DNA of 54,119 bases from a virus (Duplodnaviria; Caudoviricetes). Each line of letters opens with the position of its first letter. Within the stretch, counting starts at the first letter, position 1. The notes below the pieces were generated by a model, which saw only the letters and a program-made list of their open reading frames with translations, did not search any database and had not been told where the DNA came from. Location: IMG/VR virus record IMGVR_UViG_3300022939_001635, positions 1-54,119 of that record; one strand, given 5' to 3'. The translations under genes and the position numbers were made by a program. This document shows positions 38,560-48,600 of this stretch, piece after piece.

Positions 38560-39462
38560 TCATAATTCGCTTGTTTTTACATATGCAGGAGCATCATTAC
38601 TCACATACGTCCCCGATGCTCTTAAATGAGATACAGAACTTGTTAAAACTCCAGCCACATATTCGTCAGCACCCCCAGTTCCTACGTCTAAATCCCAAAA
38701 TACAATATTAAATGTTATTGTAGAATCATTTTTGTTTTTGGCTTCAACATACCAGTTGTTTTCAGCATATGTTCCGCTTGGGTCTCCTTCTTTAAGATAT
38801 ATTTTTTGATATGTACTGGTAAGATCTTCATTGCCGATAGTATACGCTGTGCCGCTTCCTGTTGTAGCAGTTGCAGCTCTACCAAACTGAACTTGCCCAC
38901 TGTTATCAAGCATTGTTTCCCATGCTTGATTTTTTGCCAAGTCGGCACCGCCTACTGAACTAATGTCAATACTAGCATTAAAACGTATCTGGCCGCCTGC
39001 ATTAAAAAATGCTCTACGTTCATTTGCAGATGCAAAGCCAACATCAATAGTATGATTAATTTGCTGAGGTGTAGCAGTTCCGCCCCAAGGACTTGCTAAA
39101 CCATTTTTTATACTGTTTACACCAGCTGTTTCTGCAGTTGCTTGTGTAGGGTGTATAATGAACCTATCATTTTCTAAAGTGTTTATTAAAGATTCGTATG
39201 CAGCATACAATGCCTCTTCAATGTCGTCATCGTCGGTCACAGTTGCAATTGTTGTAGGTGTTGTACCATTTATATGTACATATACCTTTTCAAAATCAGT
39301 ATACAAACTGTTCATATGTGATGCTAAAACAATAGTTTCTTTTGGTTGACCATTAGACGATACTGTTTGGTTGTATCCTTTGTCTCTGTTTCCTACTCCT
39401 AATAAACCTGCTATCCGACCTTGTAATTCATTATATCTTGCTGCTGAAACTATTTCTGGCAT
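38560..39462 (-). CDS. virion structural protein (paralog of 37350..38513)
   Basis: Shares motifs with its neighbour (RAFFNAGGQIRF, W..ML...G.V.F). GGAG RBS. Confidence 0.6.
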   Translation of the reverse strand: MPEIVSAARYNELQGRIAGLLGVGNRDKGYNQTVSSNGQPKETIVLASHMNSLYTDFEKVYVHINGTTPTTIATVTDDDDIEEALYAAYESLINTLENDRFIIHPTQATAETAGVNSIKNGLASPWGGTATPQQINHTIDVGFASANERRAFFNAGGQIRFNASIDISSVGGADLAKNQAWETMLDNSGQVQFGRAATATTGSGTAYTIGNEDLTSTYQKIYLKEGDPSGTYAENNWYVEAKNKNDSTITFNIVFWDLDVGTGGADEYVAGVLTSSVSHLRASGTYVSNDAPAYVKTSEL

Positions 39463-39480
39463 ACTTAATCTCCGTTATAG

Positions 39481-39488
39481 TACTTATA
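39481..39488 (-). promoter_or_regulatory. late-promoter-like motif TATAAGTA
   Basis: 18 nt upstream of ATG 39462; one mismatch to T4 TATAAATA. Confidence 0.45.
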
Positions 39489-41046
39489 CTTTCAGCACAC
39501 ACTCTACTAATTTTTCTTCTGGGTTTGTGTTTGTTTCTAATGCAATACCGACAAGTGCTCTTGTTGCAGTGGTTGTGCATACACCATCTTCCCAGGCATA
39601 TACAGGCGTGCCTTTTTCAACTATACCGGTGCATCTCACTGGAACACGACCCTTTAGCGCAATTGCTTGTCCATCAATTTCACTATTCATTAAATATGCT
39701 GGATTTTCACTAATAACACCAATTGCTAAATCACTTGATCTTGCTGGTCTTGTTTCTGCACTAACATCTGCTTCTTCAACAAATCTTTGTGCAGATACCG
39801 CCATTACAGTACCTACAGGATGTTCAATTTCTGTAGTGTATTTTTCAGCCAAATCTGCATACTGTGCTTGTGTTGCAGTGCCATTAAAAAACACTGCTGT
39901 TAAATTTCCCGAACCATCTCTTGCAGCAATAGTGTTTGGCGTTGCTGCTGTGCTTGCTGTACGAGCTGTGCCTCCTACTAAAACAGCAGTTGACTGAGTT
40001 GCTGTACCTACAAAGGACGAAGCGTGTACTTCTGCAAATCTTTCATCAGCACTACCAATATTATAAACACTTGTTTGTGTTGGATATAACCCTGCAATAG
40101 TACTTACAGCAGGTGCATTCCTGCTGTTTTGAATACGAAGAATGTAACTGTTTGATGCACTAAATGAACCACCTTCAGCTGTTGCACCAAATTTCATACT
40201 ATGGCCTACTTTATTTGCAAAACCTGGTGTCACAGTGTCTGATACATCAATAAGCAAATCTGCTTGATTACCTACTGTAAACCCAGCATCGTCGTAATTT
40301 ACTGCATCTGTTGTAAGTCGATAATCGCTTGCTGGTCTGCCTCCTAATTTTAAAGCATTGCTAACTGTTCCCCAATAAATTGGCTCATTTGTTAAGCCAG
40401 AAACATCAGTGCCGCCCGATGCTAGAGTTTCAGTTACACCATCCGATCCTGTATTAACAAAAGTAATACCACGTTTAATAACATTAAAACCTGTAAGCAC
40501 AGGTGTTCCTGCTGGCTGGGTTGTAGCAAGAGTAAATTCTTCATTTGAAATAACGTAAATGGCAACGTCATTAATTAAAGCAACGATAATTGTTTTTTCT
40601 ATGTTATCTGGTGCCGATAATACATTAACACTAAGCATCTGTGTTGTACCGCTACCAGCACTTTGAGGACCAACAAGAATAAACTCGCCACCGGCAGTTT
40701 TACCATACAACTGATTGCTTGTGCTCGACCACCATAAATCGCCTTCGTCTAAGCCAACCGGTTCTGTTGCACTAACTTCTGTACCGCCCGCAGTTTTCCA
40801 TGCGCTGCCTGTATAAAATTTTAGTTTAGTGGTACTTGCATCGTACCAAACCTGTCCGTCAATTGCTTTCACAGGTGCAGTAGTACCGCTGAAGTTTTCT
40901 AATAAATGAAGATAGTTTTCATTTTGTACTTCGCCGTAACCGCTGTAATTTCTACCAACAAACTTGATGTCTGTTGTTTGATCAATTGTACCGTCCTCAA
41001 CAACTGTTAGTTGTGTACCGTTAAATCTATTTACAATATATGCCAT
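39484..41046 (-). CDS. tail fibre/spike protein with C-terminal intramolecular-chaperone-like domain
   Basis: Shared N-terminal module (NENYLHLLENF...GQVWYD). C-terminal YADLAEKY...IGVISENPAYLMN...IALKGRVPV resembles peptidase G2/IMC-type domains. Confidence 0.7.
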   Translation of the reverse strand: MAYIVNRFNGTQLTVVEDGTIDQTTDIKFVGRNYSGYGEVQNENYLHLLENFSGTTAPVKAIDGQVWYDASTTKLKFYTGSAWKTAGGTEVSATEPVGLDEGDLWWSSTSNQLYGKTAGGEFILVGPQSAGSGTTQMLSVNVLSAPDNIEKTIIVALINDVAIYVISNEEFTLATTQPAGTPVLTGFNVIKRGITFVNTGSDGVTETLASGGTDVSGLTNEPIYWGTVSNALKLGGRPASDYRLTTDAVNYDDAGFTVGNQADLLIDVSDTVTPGFANKVGHSMKFGATAEGGSFSASNSYILRIQNSRNAPAVSTIAGLYPTQTSVYNIGSADERFAEVHASSFVGTATQSTAVLVGGTARTASTAATPNTIAARDGSGNLTAVFFNGTATQAQYADLAEKYTTEIEHPVGTVMAVSAQRFVEEADVSAETRPARSSDLAIGVISENPAYLMNSEIDGQAIALKGRVPVRCTGIVEKGTPVYAWEDGVCTTTATRALVGIALETNTNPEEKLVECVLKV

Positions 41047-41070
41047 TATTGTTGTTCCTCGTGCTTATGT

Positions 41071-41078
41071 TATTTATC
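41071..41078 (-). promoter_or_regulatory. T4-late-like promoter motif GATAAATA
   Basis: In the short intergenic gap, 24 nt upstream of ATG 41046, with a GAGG RBS in between. Confidence 0.6.
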
Positions 41079-41079
41079 G

Positions 41080-42963
41080 TTATACCGCTGATGTCTCGAT
41101 TACGCCTGTGTTCACATCCCACAAAGACGAACTAATTTCTATTGTGATCACTCGTCTTGTTACAGTAAGTGTAACTGTTGCAGTAGGATCACTAATAGCA
41201 AAATCGCCTACAACGTTAACGTTCTGTACACCAGCACTGTCAACAGCAGTAAGTGTTTTTGTAATTCCTGATTGTACATCAATTGGATCTGTTGTAGCTT
41301 CTGTGTAATACGCATGAATTTTTGCAACTGTTCCGTTTCTTTGTGTTGTTGGTGGCGAAATTTCTGCCAACATAGTCGCTATTTTAACTATTAATGCATC
41401 GTCGCATGTACCGTCGCCATATGTTCCAGGATTATATGTAGTTCCTAAACCTGTAACGTCTACTCCAAATACAACCGGAGTTTGTAAAATTGAATCGTCT
41501 AAATATTTTTTGTTTACAACATCACCGTTGTCAGTAGGATCGGCAACATTTTTAATTTGTTTTGCGTTTGTTAATTCAATAGCATCTACACTTGTAATTT
41601 GCAATCCAGCAGTTGTTGAAATTGTATCTTCTGTGATAGTCATTGTTTCACCACCAGCAGGTCCAACTGTTAGATTAATTAACTTACCAACTGTTCTTAG
41701 ACTACTGTTTTCAACTGATGCGCCAAGTGTGTCTCTTGAAAGAACTTCATTTGCACCTACGTAATAACTGTCACTGTCATTTAACAATGATATATCATGA
41801 CTACTTGTCCAACTGTTTGTGCCTGTGTAAAATGCCCATTCTTTATCGTCGCCTGATACACGGATAACCATACCAGCAGGACCATTTAACGCTTCTAAGC
41901 CTGCTAAATCTGCTTCACTTATTAGTGTACTATCGTCTTGAATTGCAAGTTCAATTCTGTGATCTTCAACACGCAGTTTAGCAACATCTAAACTGACACT
42001 ATCGCCTTCAACTAAAATATTGCCAGTAACACGTAAATCACCTGCAATATCAACTGTGTATGCAGGAAGTGTGTTTTGAAAAAATCCTACACGTTTTTCA
42101 CTTGCATCAAAGTATACACTGTCTTGTAAATTATTAGTTACAAATGCTATTTTAAAATCTTGATTAGATTTCTGCATTTTTAGATTTGTTACTGCACCAT
42201 CTTGTCTGATATTAAGGTCAAAGTCGTCACCTAGAAATAATCCATTATCATCTTTGATACTAATACTGCCTGTGGTTGTACTATTGTTATTTGAACTTAA
42301 GAAACTACTTTGATCATAAACATTTCCAAAATCGTCAATAAGTTGTTTTGCACTATTCGCTGCACCTAAGAATTTGTATGAACTAAAACTTTCACTTAGG
42401 TTAAAACCAATTTCTAAATTTGTAAATCCTGGAATACTAGGTGCCGGTGTAAATGCAACTTTGGTTTCAATACCAATCAAACTTCCGTTAATATAACGTT
42501 TTACAACTGTTCTATTTTGTCCTAATGTATCTTTGATTGTTTCAACTACATCACCGGTAGTTGACTGTGTTTTATCAAAAACTGGCCCAACAAGTACAGT
42601 TTCGGTGCCGTTCCAAAAGAACACTTGATCTTTTGATCCGTCAATCCAAATATCGCCTTCTATCAATTCATCTGGTTGTGTAGCACTGTAAATTGTACTA
42701 TCTGTACTTCTAAAAGTAATACCGTCATATACTTTTAATCTACCTGTAGCAGTATCGTACCATAATTGTCCTTTGATAGGATTAGAAGGCGCAGTTGTGT
42801 TAGAAAAGTTTTCCAACATTTTAATAAAGTTTTCATTTATACTTTCGCCAAATCCTTGATAGTTTTTACCTATAAGATTAATATCAGCGGATGTTGTGTC
42901 TAATCGTCCATCTACTAATTCTACTAATAACGATCCGTCTGTTTTGTTTAATTTATAGGCCAT
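41080..42963 (-). CDS. tail fibre protein
   Basis: Shared N-terminal module (NENFIKMLENF...GQLWYD...GDIW). IKNVADPTDNGDVVNKKYLD is a trimeric neck-like motif. Confidence 0.7.
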   Translation of the reverse strand: MAYKLNKTDGSLLVELVDGRLDTTSADINLIGKNYQGFGESINENFIKMLENFSNTTAPSNPIKGQLWYDTATGRLKVYDGITFRSTDSTIYSATQPDELIEGDIWIDGSKDQVFFWNGTETVLVGPVFDKTQSTTGDVVETIKDTLGQNRTVVKRYINGSLIGIETKVAFTPAPSIPGFTNLEIGFNLSESFSSYKFLGAANSAKQLIDDFGNVYDQSSFLSSNNNSTTTGSISIKDDNGLFLGDDFDLNIRQDGAVTNLKMQKSNQDFKIAFVTNNLQDSVYFDASEKRVGFFQNTLPAYTVDIAGDLRVTGNILVEGDSVSLDVAKLRVEDHRIELAIQDDSTLISEADLAGLEALNGPAGMVIRVSGDDKEWAFYTGTNSWTSSHDISLLNDSDSYYVGANEVLSRDTLGASVENSSLRTVGKLINLTVGPAGGETMTITEDTISTTAGLQITSVDAIELTNAKQIKNVADPTDNGDVVNKKYLDDSILQTPVVFGVDVTGLGTTYNPGTYGDGTCDDALIVKIATMLAEISPPTTQRNGTVAKIHAYYTEATTDPIDVQSGITKTLTAVDSAGVQNVNVVGDFAISDPTATVTLTVTRRVITIEISSSLWDVNTGVIETSAV

Positions 42964-44981
42964 TATGAAGTTACTCCGTGATAGATAATAAAGTTGAGAG
43001 CAAGGTAGGGGTTAACAATATTCATTGGCAAATTTTGTAAATCTACTACTCCACCACTTGTTTCAAGTCTAGTACCAATACCTGTTGTATCGCCATCATT
43101 TGGTACACTGTCTGTGCCTGAGTATGTTGCTGAACTTGAAGCATAGTATTGATTGTCTCCGCCGTCTTGTAAATCATGTTTGTGTTCTGGTAAGTTTTCT
43201 TGCTGAATAGTAACTTCTGAATTACCATCTGTACTACCTAAATCTCCAGTAGTAATTGCATTAGGAGACAACGTTCTTCCTGATAATGTACTAGATGTAC
43301 TCATCAATGGCAGTTGACCTCTAAGATCGGGAATTCTAAAGTTACCAGTTGTCGGTGTTCCGTAATACCATGTGCTACTATTACTTGGATCAAATCCTAG
43401 TGCATCTGACAATGCCGAATAAGTTGTTCTAGAATATTCTTCTCCGTCACAAATAAACCATCCAGTAGGTGCAACAGGTCCACCAAACATTATAATTGTA
43501 CCAATTGGCATTGTATCTATACTACCAATAAGTTGTGCCGGAGTTGCTTTTGCTAAAACACCTCCTTGATTAATTAGTAATTCATCATCAGTTCTATTAA
43601 TAGTTGTTGCAGCAGTTTGATCGCTAATAATAGCAGGTGCAGCTTGTGTTCCAAAAGTTTTTGTACTACCGCCTGTTTGACCATCAAAAACAAAACTACT
43701 ACTAATGACCTGCCCTGTCATAGCAAAAGTTGTTGTACTATTTAATTTACTGGTACTACCTGCTGTACCGCTAACATTACCTGTAACATTACCAGTTAGA
43801 TTACCTGTAATTCTGTTTGCATACAATGTATCAAACGGTAAAACACTTGACCCAATATTTCTTACATTAGCTTGATCTGGTATCAAATTTGCTAATGTTA
43901 TATTTCCGTCAATTGTTGCATTGCCGCCAACATTTAAATTCTTTGTTACTCCTAAACCACCAGCAGTTACCAGTGATCCTGTAGATGGATCATTACTTTG
44001 ATCTGTACCGTTGACTATAACTTTACTGTCTGTTTTGATATTTCCTATAACATCTAAACTTTCTGTAGGATTTAAATTGTTGATGCCTACATTTGTATTG
44101 CTTTTTACACGTAGCGGTACAGTAAATGTGCCATTATTGTTTACACGTAAATCGATAGGTGCACCAGGAATGGTATTTTCAACAATACCGTTATTTCCTT
44201 CTACTAAAATACTAATTGTTTTAGCATTACCAACTTCAATGCCTTCGTTGTTTTTAATTTGTAATTTTTGTGTAACTTGATTGACAACGTTTGTTCTCAT
44301 AAAATCGGATGCAGGAATACTCGCACCACTGATTTTTAAATTTTCAGCTATATCTGCTGTACCGTTAAATTTAGCATCTGTTAAACTTTTATTGAAGTTT
44401 ACCCCTACCTTTAAAGGTGTTGTACTACTGTATCCAGCAAAAGGTGTTTTTGGTGAAAATTCTGATCTTGTATAAATTGTTACAGGAATATTTTCAATAT
44501 AATTAATAATTACAGTTCGTGTAACACTTGCAGTATCTACAATTTCTTCTACTAATGCCCCACTTTTATTTCCATCACTGTAATTTGGACCTACTAGTAG
44601 CCAACCGCTACCTGTATACAAATACAGTTGACTAGTGCTGGTGTTTACCCATAGATCGCCAGCAACACTATTTGATATATCAGGTTCAAATGGTCCTTTT
44701 TTTAGGCCGCCTGCTGCAACCCAATTGGTACCATCGTAGATTTTAAGTTGATCAACATCTTGTGTTGTATCATACCATAATTGTCCTTCAACCGGATTAA
44801 CAGGAGGACTAGCATTTGCAAAATTTTCTAGTAAATGTAAAAAGTTTTCATTAACACTTTGACCGTAGTCTGTTGTTAATCTTCCTGGTAATTTCATACT
44901 TGTTTCAGTGTTGATACTGTTATCTTCTACCGTGACATTACCTTTGTTTGCTTCATCTGTAAACGGAATATTATATGGCAT
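42963..44981 (-). CDS. tail fibre protein with tail-collar domain
   Basis: Shared N-terminal module; MPIGTIIMFGG..APTGWFICDG...FRIPDLRG collar; LPEHKH and NPYLALNFII tip motifs. Confidence 0.85.
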   Translation of the reverse strand: MPYNIPFTDEANKGNVTVEDNSINTETSMKLPGRLTTDYGQSVNENFLHLLENFANASPPVNPVEGQLWYDTTQDVDQLKIYDGTNWVAAGGLKKGPFEPDISNSVAGDLWVNTSTSQLYLYTGSGWLLVGPNYSDGNKSGALVEEIVDTASVTRTVIINYIENIPVTIYTRSEFSPKTPFAGYSSTTPLKVGVNFNKSLTDAKFNGTADIAENLKISGASIPASDFMRTNVVNQVTQKLQIKNNEGIEVGNAKTISILVEGNNGIVENTIPGAPIDLRVNNNGTFTVPLRVKSNTNVGINNLNPTESLDVIGNIKTDSKVIVNGTDQSNDPSTGSLVTAGGLGVTKNLNVGGNATIDGNITLANLIPDQANVRNIGSSVLPFDTLYANRITGNLTGNVTGNVSGTAGSTSKLNSTTTFAMTGQVISSSFVFDGQTGGSTKTFGTQAAPAIISDQTAATTINRTDDELLINQGGVLAKATPAQLIGSIDTMPIGTIIMFGGPVAPTGWFICDGEEYSRTTYSALSDALGFDPSNSSTWYYGTPTTGNFRIPDLRGQLPLMSTSSTLSGRTLSPNAITTGDLGSTDGNSEVTIQQENLPEHKHDLQDGGDNQYYASSSATYSGTDSVPNDGDTTGIGTRLETSGGVVDLQNLPMNIVNPYLALNFIIYHGVTS

Positions 44982-45583
44982 TAAGTGTTACCTCCACTTA
45001 AACTTTGTACTCTTACAGTGTAGTCAATTTGAATCAATCTGTTTAGTGATTTTTGTACAGGATGGAATATAACGTGTGTTAATAATCTACCGGTTCCGCT
45101 TGGCGAATAACCAATTAATCCTAGTTCATCAAATACAAATTGTTGTTCTGTATCTGTTGCAGTATCAAATGCATCTTGTCCATCTGGTTCACCATAATCT
45201 AGTAATGCACTAACAACAATATCAGTATAATTAGTACCAGTGACGTGACGTGTTTCTATTTTGTTACGTTGCGGATCTACGTTGTTAACTGAACGGTCGT
45301 CAACAACTTTACTATAGGTTTGGTTATACAAACTTGCATTTGTACCTGTGCTATTGGGTGTTAAGTATGTGATAATACCTGTAGGATCTACACTAGTTCC
45401 TCCATTACCAAACCCCATTTCATATATAAAGCCTTCGCCGGCATTACCTAAACTTTCGGCAAGACTAATACTCATGTTTTCATAATGAATAGCATTACGT
45501 TTGTTAATATACACATGTCCAGATTCAGGGTTGTATATTTTTATGTGTCCTTCAATGTGTACGCCACTTTGTTCATTAACCAT
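44981..45583 (-). CDS. putative baseplate/tail structural protein
   Basis: 200 aa, translationally coupled (TAATG) to the fibre gene and preceded by a late-like motif. Ends FDELGL...LLTHVIFHPVQKS. Confidence 0.55.
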   Translation of the reverse strand: MVNEQSGVHIEGHIKIYNPESGHVYINKRNAIHYENMSISLAESLGNAGEGFIYEMGFGNGGTSVDPTGIITYLTPNSTGTNASLYNQTYSKVVDDRSVNNVDPQRNKIETRHVTGTNYTDIVVSALLDYGEPDGQDAFDTATDTEQQFVFDELGLIGYSPSGTGRLLTHVIFHPVQKSLNRLIQIDYTVRVQSLSGGNT

Positions 45584-45606
45584 ATTTTTATTCCGTTCCT
45601 ATATTG

Positions 45607-45614
45607 TATTTATC
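45607..45614 (-). promoter_or_regulatory. T4-late-like promoter motif GATAAATA overlapping the upstream stop codon
   Basis: 23 nt upstream of ATG 45583. Confidence 0.55.
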
Positions 45615-48600
45615 GGGGTAGCGATATTGTTTTGTCTGTTATAAATTTGCAGATTTCATTTTCACTATCTGCAATTGATTTGCCTAATTCGTTCCAAATT
45701 CTACCTGTTTTTCTTACAATTTCAATAATTGTTCCATCTGCAGGAGGATCGATGTAATCTGCAAGATAAATTGCAACTCTTGTACTATCTCCCCAAACAA
45801 TTGTTTCCATAGTGTATTCTGGAGCTATTGTAATGTCAGCTTCTGGAGAATCTTGATCTATAGTTGGATCAAAAGTTACAATATTATCTTTACGTAGTTT
45901 TATACCACCTAAATAAACATCAAATTCATTAATACTTGTGGGTGTCCAATCTAACAAGAATTGTTTTGTACTACTATCACCGATAAACTTAGTTCTATAT
46001 ACTGCATCTTTGTAAGGAATATTTTCTTCAATACCTTGTCCTACAACTTTTGTATTTGCAGCATATTGTTCTTTTATACCTGTACCTAATGTTCCTCTGC
46101 GTAATTGTCTTAGAACATTTCCGTCAAGTGAGAAATATTCAATACGCTCTTTGTCAATCCAAATTACTCCCGGTAATCCTAATGCTCTGTTTGGAGATTC
46201 AAGATTTGTAGCGTCTACAAGTTGAATACTTTGATCATAATAATTTAAAGGCTGTTGTAATTCATATTCGTTCAAATTATTCAAACGTTTGTAATGGAAT
46301 CGATTTAAAATATCTTTAAATATTCTAAATCCAAATTTTGGCTTACTTACTGGTGCTGCAAATTGAAGCACATCTATTGTATCATTAGGATCAACCTTTT
46401 CATACATTTGAACTCCATCTTTACGTTCAGTAATTTTATAATCTTTTTGTGGTACTTGTATAATACCATTTTTAAAGACCCAAACATAATTTGCACTAAG
46501 AGCAGGTTTTTGTAATTTTACATACCCTGTACTCAACAAGTTTTTATCAATATATTCTTGTGAGCCTGCTGGTGCTTGACTTGTGTTCCAAACTACATCA
46601 TAACTGTTTCTTTCAAACTCATTTATGTCATGATTGCTAAATGTATAGATGTTTACTTCTTCCCATTCTTCTGGTGCTTCTAATAACACAAGATTATCAG
46701 TTTCTTGTAATTTTACATCTAATATTTTTAATCCTGGAGTACTATCATCATTTGCAATTATTGCTGGAGTATCGTCTGTACTCTTTAGATCAAACAAGTC
46801 TCTAACATAACCTTGTAATTCTAAAATTGCGTTATTGCCATCATAAGTAAAACTTTCTACCCTTGCATTAACAACTGTGCTATCATCTGATAGAGCAAAT
46901 GCTACATCTGTGCCTTGTGGAATTGGAGCAAGTTTATTTGCATTATCGCCTTCAATAGTAGCTATTGTATTAAAGAAGAAATATTCAGCATCTCTAATAA
47001 TAAAGATTTCGAGTTTATCGCCAATTAAACCTATGTTATTTGACAATATTTCAACTCTACCATTTAAAGGATCGTAGTTCCATAATGTTTCATCTAATAT
47101 TTCATTGTTGATATAAACTCTAACATCACTACTGTTAACTTGAGTTGTATCCTCAAATTGCCACGCATCAATGTCGTAATCTCTTTGCAATGTCATTGTG
47201 TAAGATTTTCTATAACCAGGATTTAGGAATTTTGAACCTTTGCTGCGTTGCACTAGTATATTATGCGAATATGGTTTCTTAATAAACGGAACAACAACTT
47301 CGTTGTTAAATCTATGTACTCTGTTGTCTCCATCAACTAACATTGTTTTATCAACAACCATTTCACTGAATTGATTAACGTTATCACTATAAACAGTGTA
47401 TTGAATTATTGATCCTGCATCGATTACAGTAGGGAATTCTAAAACTCCAAAACCTGCTGCGTTAGTATCGTAACCATATTCAGTAGTACGTTCTTTCTTG
47501 ACACCATTTATTGTTACAAATATACTTTGATCAGTTGTGAATTTAAATGGTAATTCGTACAGTGTGCTTGTACCATCTGCAACAATAATATCACTATCTA
47601 CAATATCAACACCATTAGTACCAATACACAAAATACTTAGATTCTTATTTGCTTCAATAACTGTGCTGTCAGCTAAACTAATAACTTTGCGTTCAAAATC
47701 AATAACAAGATCATCGTGTCCAATTACTTCTCCGTTTACTGTTACAATTACTGTGTTTTCTGTTTGTGGTAGTAAATCAAAGTCCCATTCTAATGTGTTG
47801 CCATCTGTAATATAATTACGAACTGCAATTAAGCCTTGTCCTTGAGACACCCTGTTATAAACTGTTATGTCCATAGTATCTAATACTTGCCCTGGAACTT
47901 GTTCTTCAGGACCTTTTGATGTAGTTTCTGTAACAAATCCGTCACCATCTACAACGATTTCACCTGGATCTATGCCTGTAGCAGTTGTTGTTTCAAAAGT
48001 GCCGCCGCCTAGACTAACATCAAAGGCTACGCTTTCAGGTGTAAAGCTACCATCACTAGTAGACTTACGTACAACTACTACATCGTCCATTTGAGTGCTA
48101 ATTACATCACTGTCTAGGAAAACTGTTTTAGTAATTCCGTCACCTGTAATAGTAACCATTTTTGCATTAGGGTTAATAGTGCCAGGCCCTGGATATTCAG
48201 GATCGTCAATACGCACATTGTTTAGATATACGTTGTACTCAACACCTGCTTCTAATTCTTTAGACAAATTAACAATTTGTGTACTTCCATCTAATACAAT
48301 AACTTCATCTTCATTGTTTGTATCAAATGTATCAAAATCAATACCGAAGCCTTGTAGATCCCAGCCTAAACTTTCGCCAAAGCCAATACTGTCCATTTGA
48401 ACACCACCGTAATCAATTCCGTCCATCAATTGTGCTAAGTCTTTGCCTGGCATACCTGTTGTAGGATTATAGAAGAAATTGATTCTATCAGCTGCTGTCA
48501 ACAAATCAGTAGACTTTTTGTAATTTATAATTACTTCTGCGTTATTTGCTGGTGCATTTGTAAATGTGATGCGACCTTTGTATCTTTCAAAGTTTTTATT

